Positions 36,250 to 46,929 of a stretch of DNA of 64,000 nt are shown here, piece after piece. The DNA is taken from assembly GCA_048013815.1 (NCBI GenBank), contig CM106585.1, forward strand, positions 6,448,001 to 6,512,000, given 5' to 3'. Below the pieces are notes generated by a model. The model saw only the letters and a list, made by a program, of their open reading frames with translations, was not told the origin of the DNA and did no database searches. Within the stretch, counting starts at the first letter, position 1. Each line of letters starts with the position of its first letter. A program made the translations under genes and the position numbers. This stretch comes from Setoptus koraiensis (taxonomy: Eukaryota; Animalia; Arthropoda).

Positions 36250-38700
36250 ATGGCATCGCTAAAAGCAAATTTCGGAGAAGAAACAAAATTTGAATCGTTC
36301 TTCACGGGAAACCAAATCTTGATAGATTCTAAGGGAGAACACTTCTATTGTGCTCAGGGATCTCTTTTGAACGTGGTATCAATCAACGACGGACGCATCA
36401 AAAAACAGATAAAATCGGATAACGAAGAAGATGCTATTCTACGATTCACTATAACTAAAGATGATAAATTGCTCATAATTGCATACCATAGTCAGCTAGT
36501 GAAAAAGTATAACTTGCAGGAGGATAGATGCGATAGGATCTTCAAATCAATTCATAGTTCACCTATCACCTATCTAAAAACAAACGATTCTTGCACCCTT
36601 CTTGCTACCGGCGCCAGTGACTCAACTATAAAAATTTGGAATCTTAAGGATCACTACTGTACTCATAATCTTAAAGGACTAAGTGGGGTAGTATCCTGCA
36701 TATTGTTTCTTGATGATGATGAAACAAACAGGCATCAATTATATTGCTCTGGAGGAGACGACACCATTCATGTATTTGATCTCAGTGATGGTCGCCGCAT
36801 TGCCAAATTCAAGGCTCACAGTAGTACTATAACTGATATGCAGATCACTTCGGACAAAAAACACTTAGTCAGTGTTGGTCGTGATAAAGTTGCAGTTGTT
36901 TGGCAAATCAGCGCGTCAACTACAAAAGATGGACTTGGCTCTATAACCCGTACTATACCCCTCTTTGAATGTATTGAATCTTTTATTTTGCTAGATAAAG
37001 AGCTCATTATGAAATTCCCCCAATTTACAAAAATATCCGATCATACACTATTCGTCACAATAGGAGAGGAAGGAATTCTGAAAATATGGGATGCTCACCT
37101 AGGATCATTAGTCCTGAAACAAGGTGGCGACGATAGTCTTAGCGGTGATGAGAGCCCTGGATTACAGTGCCTTCAATTGCTCTTACGACCTGGTTCTGAC
37201 GAACTCAGTGTTGTGTCATATGAAAAAACTATATTCTTCTATAGATTACCTTCAATGGAGATAGTTCAACAGCTTCAAGGAAACATTGACGAAGTTTTAT
37301 CCTTTTGTTTTCTTGGGGCCAAGGAGAGCCACCTTGTTGTGGCCACTAATAGCCCCAATCTTCGTCTATATGATGTTGCAACTTCCAAATGTCGCCATAT
37401 CACTGGCCACAAAGACATTGTGATATCAGTGAAGACTTTTCCTAGCGATCCTTGGATGATCATAAGTGCTTCTAAAGATTCTGTTATACATGTTTGGACA
37501 TTTGATAGCAAATCTATGGTGGAGACTCTGATTTACAAGGCAATAGGACACACTCACTCGGTTACCTCAATCGCCTCATTCTCGACTTGCACCAAGTTCT
37601 TCAGCACAAGTGAAGACACAACACTCAAAAGTTGGGTTGTTCCCACGAAAAAAAATGAAAAGCTTAAGAAGAAAAACAGAAGAGATTCTGACGAATTGAC
37701 TGAGGGCGAAACAAATCAACCCAAACCACTTGTAGCTAGTTTTACCATCAGGGCACACGAAGAGCCTGTGGACTCTATTGCCATATCTCCGAACGATTTT
37801 TTGATGGCTACAGGATCTCGAGACAAATCCGTTAAAGTCTACAATGCTGAAAATCTTCAAAATCTTGCCACCTTAAAGGGGCACAGGAGAGGTATTTGGT
37901 GTGTGCAATTTTCACCAGTCGATCAAATAGTGGCAAGTTCATCCGGTGACGCAACTCTGAAATTGTGGAATCTCCAAGACTATACCTGCATTAAGACCTT
38001 TGAGGGACATGACTGTTCAGTTTTGAATTTCATCTTTCTATCTCACGGATTACAGATTTTGTCAGTCGGTTCTGATGGTAATATGAAGTTATGGGATTGC
38101 AAATCAAACGAATGTTCCAAAACTATTGATGCCCATGACGGCAAGATTTGGGCATTAACGGTTTCACTTGATGAGGAACACGTCTTGACAGGAGGAGCAG
38201 ATTCCAAGATTGTCATTTGGCGTGACATAACTAAAGAGGAGCAAGAACGAAAAATGCTTGAACAACAAGATCTGGTCGTGAAAGAGCAAAGTTTTATGAA
38301 TTATGTCATGAAGAAGAATTGGCATAAAGCCTTCAAGATGGCTATATTGATGGGTAGCGCGAGTAAATTGCTCTCTGTAATCAAGGAGATATTGCTTGAC
38401 GTCCAAGGTCAAGACTTGCTGATGAAGGAACTGAGAAAACAGAGAATTGACCAAATCGAATTCATTGTTGAATGTTGTGTTCAATGGAATTCGTATACTA
38501 AAAATAGTTATGTTGCACAATTGGTAATTAACATGATCATCGAGCTTCACTCCAACGAGGAATTGTCCAGAATCTCCAGCTTCAGGAATTCGATGAAACA
38601 GCTGAAAGAATCGACAGAAAAACATTATAGACGTTATGATAAGCTTGTACAGAACGCTACGTTTGTAGATTTCTTTTTTTCCTCATTCAAGATTCACTAA
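36250..38700 (+). CDS. TBL3: Transducin beta-like 3 / UTP13 (SSU processome WD40 protein), intronless
   Basis: Many WD repeats (LATGASDSTIKIWN, LKGHRRGIWCVQFSPVD, FEGHDCSVL, AHDGKIWAL) plus a UTP13-type C-terminus (EQSFMNY...CCVQWN...AQLV). ATG at 36250. Confidence 0.95.
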   Translation: MASLKANFGEETKFESFFTGNQILIDSKGEHFYCAQGSLLNVVSINDGRIKKQIKSDNEEDAILRFTITKDDKLLIIAYHSQLVKKYNLQEDRCDRIFKSIHSSPITYLKTNDSCTLLATGASDSTIKIWNLKDHYCTHNLKGLSGVVSCILFLDDDETNRHQLYCSGGDDTIHVFDLSDGRRIAKFKAHSSTITDMQITSDKKHLVSVGRDKVAVVWQISASTTKDGLGSITRTIPLFECIESFILLDKELIMKFPQFTKISDHTLFVTIGEEGILKIWDAHLGSLVLKQGGDDSLSGDESPGLQCLQLLLRPGSDELSVVSYEKTIFFYRLPSMEIVQQLQGNIDEVLSFCFLGAKESHLVVATNSPNLRLYDVATSKCRHITGHKDIVISVKTFPSDPWMIISASKDSVIHVWTFDSKSMVETLIYKAIGHTHSVTSIASFSTCTKFFSTSEDTTLKSWVVPTKKNEKLKKKNRRDSDELTEGETNQPKPLVASFTIRAHEEPVDSIAISPNDFLMATGSRDKSVKVYNAENLQNLATLKGHRRGIWCVQFSPVDQIVASSSGDATLKLWNLQDYTCIKTFEGHDCSVLNFIFLSHGLQILSVGSDGNMKLWDCKSNECSKTIDAHDGKIWALTVSLDEEHVLTGGADSKIVIWRDITKEEQERKMLEQQDLVVKEQSFMNYVMKKNWHKAFKMAILMGSASKLLSVIKEILLDVQGQDLLMKELRKQRIDQIEFIVECCVQWNSYTKNSYVAQLVINMIIELHSNEELSRISSFRNSMKQLKESTEKHYRRYDKLVQNATFVDFFFSSFKIH

Positions 38701-38930
38701 TAACATTAAATATAGAGAACCCATGCACTTGTTTTTCAAAAGAACAGTCTTTTTCATTTGATCATGCGAAGTTTTAGAGAGACCACAAGACAAAGTGAGA
38801 ACTTATCTTGTTTCAAATTTGGAACAATAATTGCTTTATTTACAACCTAATTTCAATGGTTGATATGGGCGGTATCAATACATTTAATTTACATAACCAA
38901 TCGACTTATATAATAACCAAATATGACCAC

Positions 38931-41294
38931 TCAGGATTTGCAATCATTCACAGGTATCGTATTGGCACCATCACCTGAATTGTCATGTACTACCCTCTGA
39001 GAAGTGATGCCATTCTTGATCTCGGCCTCTAATTCTTTCTTGTGTTCGATATCTGCATTTAGATGCTGCGTGTTAACGCCATTATTGATTTGAGGGCTGG
39101 GACTTGGGGACCGGAGGGGTGTCGGTGATGAATGTGTCACACCGAGTCTATGATCTAGCTCAGATTTTTCTTCTGAGTTTCTATTTGTTTCGGAGTCTGA
39201 GTTTATCGTAGCAGATACACAAGCAGATTCAACATGAGATGGAACATGTTTCTGATCTTCGTTAGAGTTGACTGTGTCAACTTGATCGTTACTATTGCTG
39301 GTGTTGTGAGAGGGGTCTTGATCCGCATGTTCATTCTGTCTGGAGTTAACATCACTGTTTTGATTTCCATCCTTGTTATCATGTTGTTGCCTAGAAAGTT
39401 GGTGCTGCTTAGATCTATATTGATATAGATTATCCTTGATTAAATTGCGGATTTGACGCTGCGCTATCTGTGAATTATGAAATTCTCCGGTGATATATAC
39501 AGGTGTCTCACTATCTTCTCCAGTTCCAGTAGTCCTTTCTTCTGGTAACCTGATAATAGTTCGAGTTTGCTTTTGAATGTGCTTCACAGTCAGTCCGGCT
39601 TTACCGATGATCTTTCCAACCATTGTAGAGGGAACGTGAATCTCAGCCATTAGGCTTAGATCGGCTGTACTACTTTCCATCGACACTTTTCTGTAGATAA
39701 GATATTGGGCTGTCCACTGTGATTCAGGGGTGCCCACGATAGAAACTCTTCGCGTCAGTACGTTACGCTCATTTATACTATTCGAGCCAAGATTAGCGTT
39801 GTAGGTTGTTTTAGGTTGCGATAAATTTTGTCCTGACTGATCATGTATCTCTACGTCAGTAGATTGTGTCGAAGATTCAATTTTTGATGCAGATGGATCA
39901 GCTGCCGCTACTTTGATTGTCGCTCCCGAGCTATTAATCATCTCTTTGATAGTACTACCGTATTTCCCTATAACCGCTCCGACTGTCTGATTTGGTATAT
40001 AGAGATAAACAGTTTCTCTCTCGTTTTCCATTCCAGACAAACCTGCGGAAAAGCCAAGCAGAGGACCACTGGTGCCACCATGTGCTGATGGACCACCAAT
40101 ATTAGGGTATATAGGAGGCAGATAGCCGGGTGGCCCAGTGTACATGTGACCACCAGAAAGATGTGTCGAGGCTTGATGAGGACCGGCAACTCGTGATGAA
40201 CTACTGTGACCAGCCTGAGAGTTGGCGATGGTTGACAACACAGGGTGCTGACTATATGGGCCTGTCATTAATGACATCGGATTCAAACCCAGGAACGTGA
40301 AGTGTTGCTGTTGATTCAACGCTTGCATAGTCACAGATAGATCGGAAACGTGAGCTGCCCGAAGCTTAGCACTTATAACTTGTTCTGCGTGGTAGATATT
40401 TTCAAGATTACCTTCAATGGTTATAACCCTCTCGTTGCTCCAATCACTAAAATTGTTTGCTGAAACATTGATTTTAGTATTAGTAGCCTCCATGATCTTC
40501 TTGATAGATGCACCACTTTTGCCAATAAGTCTTCCTATCAAATTATTGTATGCTAAGATCTTGAGAGGTATATCTGTGCTATGATTATTGTTATTACTCA
40601 TAGCCTCTTGAAGCATGACTTCGAGAATTTTTTGACAGGCTGTAGAACAAGCCTCAGGAAGTCCCCCAATTGTTATAATCTTCTCTTGTTGATCAGAGTT
40701 TTCTTCTCTGTGAACATCTATTCTAGCTTTCGATTGTTGTGTGATCTGTCTTATAGTTCCTCCAGATCGGCCAATTATAGCTCCAACCATATCATTTTGA
40801 ACTAGCATTCTCAGAGGAAAATCAGTTGGCGTTGCTGCCGTTACCTGGCGAAGATAATTGGGTGCATTAGGTGTCATTGTAGACGCACTATGAATGGCAT
40901 GAGTGTTTTGGTGTGGACGAAATGGTAGATTAGATATATTACGGCCTAGCGAGGATCGAGGATTGATAGGGCGATTCATTCTATGTTGTTGCTGATTTAA
41001 CGTAGATGCATTGTTAAGGTGAGATGCCTGTGCTTGTTGTTGCGATTGTTGTGTTTGTTGTTGTTGGTGGTGTGAAGATTGCTGTTGTTGTTGTTGGTGA
41101 TGAAGTTGGAGATGAGTATCATGTTGCTGCTGCTGTTGCTGCTGCTGATACATTTGTAATTGGTGATGCTGGTGCTGAATATGTTGATGCTGCTGTAATT
41201 GTTGCAGAGTCTCATGATGCTGTTGCTGCATGTGAGGCTCGCTAAGAGAAACAAACTGATCAGAATTTATACTAGTCTGTTGAATATGTTCCAT
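38931..41294 (-). CDS. Imp: IGF2BP/Imp RNA-binding protein (4 KH domains, polyQ N-terminus), single long ORF
   Basis: DFPLRMLVQNDMVGAIIGRSGGTIRQITQQSKARIDVHR, IPLKILAYNNLIGRLIGK, VGAVIGKYG and VGKIIGKAG. Confidence 0.93.
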   Translation of the reverse strand: MEHIQQTSINSDQFVSLSEPHMQQQHHETLQQLQQHQHIQHQHHQLQMYQQQQQQQQHDTHLQLHHQQQQQQSSHHQQQQTQQSQQQAQASHLNNASTLNQQQHRMNRPINPRSSLGRNISNLPFRPHQNTHAIHSASTMTPNAPNYLRQVTAATPTDFPLRMLVQNDMVGAIIGRSGGTIRQITQQSKARIDVHREENSDQQEKIITIGGLPEACSTACQKILEVMLQEAMSNNNNHSTDIPLKILAYNNLIGRLIGKSGASIKKIMEATNTKINVSANNFSDWSNERVITIEGNLENIYHAEQVISAKLRAAHVSDLSVTMQALNQQQHFTFLGLNPMSLMTGPYSQHPVLSTIANSQAGHSSSSRVAGPHQASTHLSGGHMYTGPPGYLPPIYPNIGGPSAHGGTSGPLLGFSAGLSGMENERETVYLYIPNQTVGAVIGKYGSTIKEMINSSGATIKVAAADPSASKIESSTQSTDVEIHDQSGQNLSQPKTTYNANLGSNSINERNVLTRRVSIVGTPESQWTAQYLIYRKVSMESSTADLSLMAEIHVPSTMVGKIIGKAGLTVKHIQKQTRTIIRLPEERTTGTGEDSETPVYITGEFHNSQIAQRQIRNLIKDNLYQYRSKQHQLSRQQHDNKDGNQNSDVNSRQNEHADQDPSHNTSNSNDQVDTVNSNEDQKHVPSHVESACVSATINSDSETNRNSEEKSELDHRLGVTHSSPTPLRSPSPSPQINNGVNTQHLNADIEHKKELEAEIKNGITSQRVVHDNSGDGANTIPVNDCKS

Positions 41295-44200
41295 GTTTTG
41301 GCCAGTTCCTGTGCTTCCCTGACGATTGATTTTAGATTGATATATATATATATATATATTATAGTCTGAAGATAGACAATTTGGTAGTAATAATAATATA
41401 TACTGAATACAATTGAAATATTTATCTATCGTGGGTGTCGTTGTAACATATAGTTATTCTAGATAAGTTATCATATCTATATAAATATGTGTGTACAAAT
41501 AAATATATTATAACAAATAAATAGTATAAGTCTATTTTTTAAAGAGAGAAAGAAAAACCGTACAAATGTACAATGTGTGTACTCTCCAATTATGTGCGAG
41601 AATATATCAAAGATGATACTATCGGCTTATAATACGTTTTGACGATGATATATATATGTAGATATATTGAGAATAATAATGATGAAATGATGATATCTAA
41701 ATAAATCTTAAATTTGAGTGCTTTAAGGATGATTAGGCACTTCTATCAATGGTGGTAATAACAGACAGGTAAATTCATCGGATAAGGATAAAGAATAATT
41801 CAACGATAATGACGATGGTGATATCGTTACCAAGACGAGGTCCAAGATTAAATCTCTCCTGTGTACTGCTTCAGTTAGAGTGTTTGTGTGTCTGTATATT
41901 TGTCTGTCTGTATGTGTGTCTGTTTGTCTGTGTATCTGTGTATGTATGTTGGTGTGTCTGTGTGTGTGCCCAAATTTAAGGATGTATGATTTCTCAAGTT
42001 GGCGTATATATATATATATAAAGATCTATATTGTATATATAGTTATCGTTGTTTCAATATGTATAACACAACATGAAGTGTAATAATGTGCTTGATTAGC
42101 TAGGTCGTAGTCGTCGTAGTCGTCGCCGTCTCACAGTCCTGCTGCCGGCGATAAGTATCAATGGTATGTTTTATATGTATGTATATCTATATAATTTTTT
42201 CTCTGTCTGCGTGCCTGTGTGTCCGACTACACATATAAATGCTGTTGTATGCTCAATAGTGATGGTTTTTTATTGGATTAATTATTCATAAATGGATAAC
42301 AACCATAAGATCGGTACATGTAATGATATTTCTATCGGGCCCAGTTATTACATTGTTGTATATTCTATATTGTATATGTGTGTTTTTGTGTAAGTGTGCT
42401 TTTTGTATGAATTTTCGTGTGTTTGTGTACAATTTTGAGGATTGTAATTTTGGCGAATGCGACGAAGGGAAACTGACGAAGGCGGCCGATAGACACATAA
42501 ACACACACACGGGGCACAAGCGAATAGGTGCATGTGTGCTGTACACACAAACACACGATGTCCGTTTGCGACGATCACATTCGATGATTCGAATGTTTAT
42601 TTCGAATCATCACCACACACAGCATATTACATGGAGTGAGCGAGCCAAATAAAACCAATTCCACTGATTACGCCGAGCGCCTTCCACTGTGTTCAATTCT
42701 GTATATAATGTACCGCCAAAGTCAAGCACAGATCGTGCAATGCACCGCACTCATGCAGTGCACCAGCAAGAACAGGCGCGCACACACACACAATTACACG
42801 CTATAGCAGACTCGGCACACAGAACTGTTGCGCGCATTCTGTGCTCATTGGTGCAGCAGCACAGCATCGTGCACCTCTGCGTTGAACAGGGCAACGGCAT
42901 TACGGTGCATACTCTGACAGCACTCGTCTACTGCTAGCAGGCTGTACTGTACAAGATGATGCACACGCTGTCATTTGGCGCGCCGATGAGCCAGCGAGCC
43001 AGTTGTCAGATGGTGCGAGCAATGAGCTCTAAAGTTTGCACCTTCAAACCAGGGTGCATGCACCAAAGAGGGCGCGAAAATAAGTTGTAAATACCTCTGA
43101 AAGCCTCCGACCAAAGGCAGCAAGTTGTTTCAACGAAATGTAAAAATGTTTTTATTTAGTTTGAATTTCGACGACATTTGGTTGACATTTTCGCTTTCTT
43201 TATCCGACTTGTTCTTCTATATTGCATCATTCTTTTTGTGACATATTGTGTTAGTTACCAACCAGTGCTTATTCGAAGGAAGTCGAATCAAATGTGTAAG
43301 GGATAGCGGAGTGGCATCCATGTCAAGAATTATGCAACCTTCTAAAAATTGCAACTCGACCAGAGTTGTAGCTTGTTGGTTCGGGGACTAGTCGAGGACG
43401 AATGATTCAGTTGGAGGGGCTTGTCAACTGGTTGATCGATCGATTGATCTCGAAATTGAAACAATATGATGCATAAGCTGAAAATTGGGATCGCTTGATT
43501 ATCTGATTTGGTGCCTCTGTCTATAGTTTTTCCAATTTAATATGATAAATCGACGCTTCAGATCAGATAATAGTTGGATGTAGTGAACTGAAAACTTATT
43601 TTTCTTATTTACGTCAGGCGCGCTTGCCGGACAATCGATTGAGCCAACTTTCAGAACTTTTTAACCATCCGATACGAAATAATGGCGAAACTCAATACTT
43701 CAACTGAGCAGTTTGATTTAGTAGTATATGCACCCATGCATGCATCTGAATCAATTATCAGGGGACGTCTTTCGAAACATTTACGTATTTTATCTATATA
43801 TCCGACCTGAAGGAAAAAAGTTTTGATGAGACAGTGTTGCTATTGTCCCAAGTAAAGCAAGCTATAGATTGAAATGCTTCAGCAACGAAAGTATCAGCTA
43901 ACAGTTTCACAAAGGAGAAAATGGATGATCGATAAACCTCAATACATCATTCACAATAGCTCACTCTTCTACGCTGACAACTAATCACGCTTCGATCATC
44001 TAACTGGAAATGTCAATGCTAAAGTCCAGGCCCAAAACACGTTTGTTTTTCTCATCATATATCAACTGGAATACTAAAAAAAATATGAAAAATAATTAGA
44101 CCAAGCTCTTATGATCTCATGGCTTTAATTTGATTAACAGACTGGCGTTGTCTAGTATAAACACATACAGTTACCATGTGTGTTTCATATGTGTCGTATG

Positions 44201-44430
44201 TCACTGTATCGACTACTCACAATCAACTTCATCAACAATTCATCATGTCTGATCAATTCCAACACGATATTTAGTCGAGATTTGGGATCTCGGAATCAAT
44301 CAGTACCAATTGGAATGTTTGCGCCAGCATTGGGCGAATCGTTGATAGCAAAAATTGTAATTTATATCGAGCATAGTAGCAGTATTTCACAATTAGTAAT
44401 TAGGTTTTTGCAACAAAATTAGCGACCACC

Positions 44431-46643
44431 ATGCGTCGAGTATTAGTGATTGCAACAGTGACACTGGTGGTTTGCTCCACTGCTACCCATCAATCAGCTA
44501 TAAATGAGTTCAGTGGAATTGTGCGAGATATAGTATCCTTAGGTGCGGAGGATGTCAAATGGTCGGATTATGGCGACTTTGGTTTGATGTTTGCTCCGGC
44601 GGTAAGTGTGCAATGGCGGTACAACCAGCTCGTTGCAATCAGACAACGACCTTATGACAACCTCTCAAAATTTGTTTTCTAATTGGAATGCTGCCAATCA
44701 TCTAATAGGAACATCTTGTAGAGAGAGCTGGCTTCAAGTACAAAATTTATCATCCTGTCACAGAAGACGGCTATGTTTTGGAGTTGATCCACATGATTAA
44801 TCCGCTTGCAGATTCAAGTAAATTAAAAAAATATCCCGTTATATTGAGTCATGGTTTCACCCAGGCCGGTTACAATTTCATTTGTCAGTCTATAATGGAG
44901 AGTAAGGCACTAAAGTGGCCAAGAAAACTATCAGAGAAATGGAACAGAGCAAGCGATCGTAATCTGGCCGTTCTATTGGCCAACAACGGTTACGATGTCT
45001 GGCTTGTCACTAGTCGGGGTAGTTTGAGTTCAACAAAAGGTCCTAAAATGAAACTACATAACACCCATTCCGTTCACGAGCCAGCATTTTGGCGCTTCAA
45101 CCTGGACGACCAGGCCAGATATGATATACCATGCGAAGTAGACACAGTTAGAGAGCTTTCAGGTGCCAGTAAGGTGATATTTGTTGGTTATTCACAGTCG
45201 ACATTTACCATGTTTGGTCAGTTATCTATTAATCCAGAATTTGCAAAAAAAGTACACACCTTTGTTGCCGTGGCCCCTATAACAACAATGATGCACAGCA
45301 CCGGACTATTGAGACCAATTGGAAGCCTGGTGAAAAACTTAGTACCTGAACCTTTTAGAGATTTCTCATTTCCGCCCATAGAGATGGGTCGAATGTGCAC
45401 AAAATTCTGCTTTCTACTCTATTCAATCATGCCTAAAATGACGCAAACGCTTGTGGCTTTCATTTTCAATTTGCTCTTCGGAGAGAATGGAAACAAAGCC
45501 TTCGACGTGAGTTAACAATCTCTCAATCGTTAGCTTGTGTTACTTCGGTCACGACTGTTACTGATCAATCAATCGTCATTATTTTGTTCTTCCATCTAGG
45601 GCATGATATTATTGGGCCGTCTTATGCGATATCCAACGAGCTTCCGCGGCTTTATACAGTTCATGCAATTGCAATTTATAGATCGTATGACTCATTACGA
45701 CTTTGGCACCTCGGGCAACATGAGGAAATATGGAACTGTGAGTAGACACCATTCGGAATTAGAATATGAATTCAATCACGATTTTAATTGCTTCTTATAA
45801 TCCGCTATGAATTGTCCCCAATGTAGCCCCTGCCTCCGCCGTACAACACATCGGCCATTGAGCTCGATGGAATTGTCGCTTACGTGGGTGAAAAGGATTG
45901 TTTATCCATGCCAGAGGATAACAAAGTGTGGGTCAATTCGCTCAAACGTAACGTATCCAGTCCAATGTAGTTGTGATGCTCAATTGAGGCAATTTTTTCT
46001 AGTTGGTGCCACCAAATAACACTACTCTTGTTGCAACATTTCATCACTCAAACACTCAGATCCACCCATCGAGTACAAAGTCATATCGGGCTGGAATCAT
46101 TTGGATTACGTTATTGGCAAGAACAACGATATTCTTATGAATAGACCCATACTTCGTATCTTGGACAAACGTGTGAAAGCGGAAGAATTGTCGCAAGCGA
46201 TGATCGGAACTGACGAGCCAACTGGGGCGACAAATGCACAATCGATTGGTTCGCAATTTGACAAGTCACCCTTGGCCAACTCACATTTGATCAAACCACA
46301 CTTGCTCGATCTACACTCGGCCAAGTCACACTTGTTCGATCCACACTCGGCCAAGTCACACTTGTTCGATCCACACTCGACCAAATCACACTTGCTCGAT
46401 CCACAATTGGCCAAATCACAATTGGTTGATCCACAATTGACCAAATCACAATTGGCCAACTCTTTGCTGGCCAATTCACAATTGGCCGACTCACAATTGG
46501 CCGATTCACCTTTGGCCAATTCACGTTTGGCCAATGCACAATTAGTCGATTCAAATTTCGTCAATCCACAATTGGCCGATTTACAATCGCATGGTTTTCG
46601 AGATGCCGGACAAACTTTGGACGCAGTGAATCAATCGCTGTGA
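44431..46643 (+). CDS. Secreted acid lipase (LIPA/gastric-lipase family), 5 exons (44431-44601, 44709-45506, 45600-45737, 45827-45947, 46060-46643), ~603 aa with a repetitive C-terminal tail
   Basis: Signal peptide MRRVLVIATVTLVVCSTA; TEDGYVL, LSHG, LANNGYDVWL, YDIPCEVD; nucleophile GYSQS, acid GEKD, and WNHLDY His. Introns are GT-AG and in phase. Confidence 0.9.
46254..46580. repeat. 15-nt-unit coding minisatellite (about ttggccaactcacaa / ttgctcgatccacac)
   Basis: About 20 degenerate 15-nt units encoding SHLFD/PHSAK and SQLAD-type pentapeptides. Confidence 0.9.
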
Positions 46644-46929
46644 TGAGCAGCACTGCAAAGCTCGATCGGTCGCCATCGCCAGCAAGGGGACTACCCCTGG
46701 GTGAGCTAATCAATGATGCATAACTAGTGGCATTTGGCACGAAATGCAAAGCGAATTAGAATTTAAATTTAGTTTAGTGTAACAACAATAGTGTCGGTGA
46801 CTAATTATAACGAGCAAACAAACATATTAAAATTACATGAGATCCCATTGATATGGACGTGCGTTGATATAAACAGTGTGTATTACTATGTGTTGCCAGA
46901 ATGATATAAAAAGAAAAACCTGATCAGTG

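Noticed and set aside
38164-38625. 153-aa antisense ORF within TBL3, and similar antisense ORFs in KDM6, APBB, the P450 and the PTB gene
   Set aside because: Opposite-strand shadows of well-supported genes.
40323-40335. 13-nt match to the miR-153 5' end (TTGCATAGTCACA)
   Set aside because: Lies antisense within the Imp coding sequence with no hairpin; it is not a miRNA gene, and a coding target site is unsupported.
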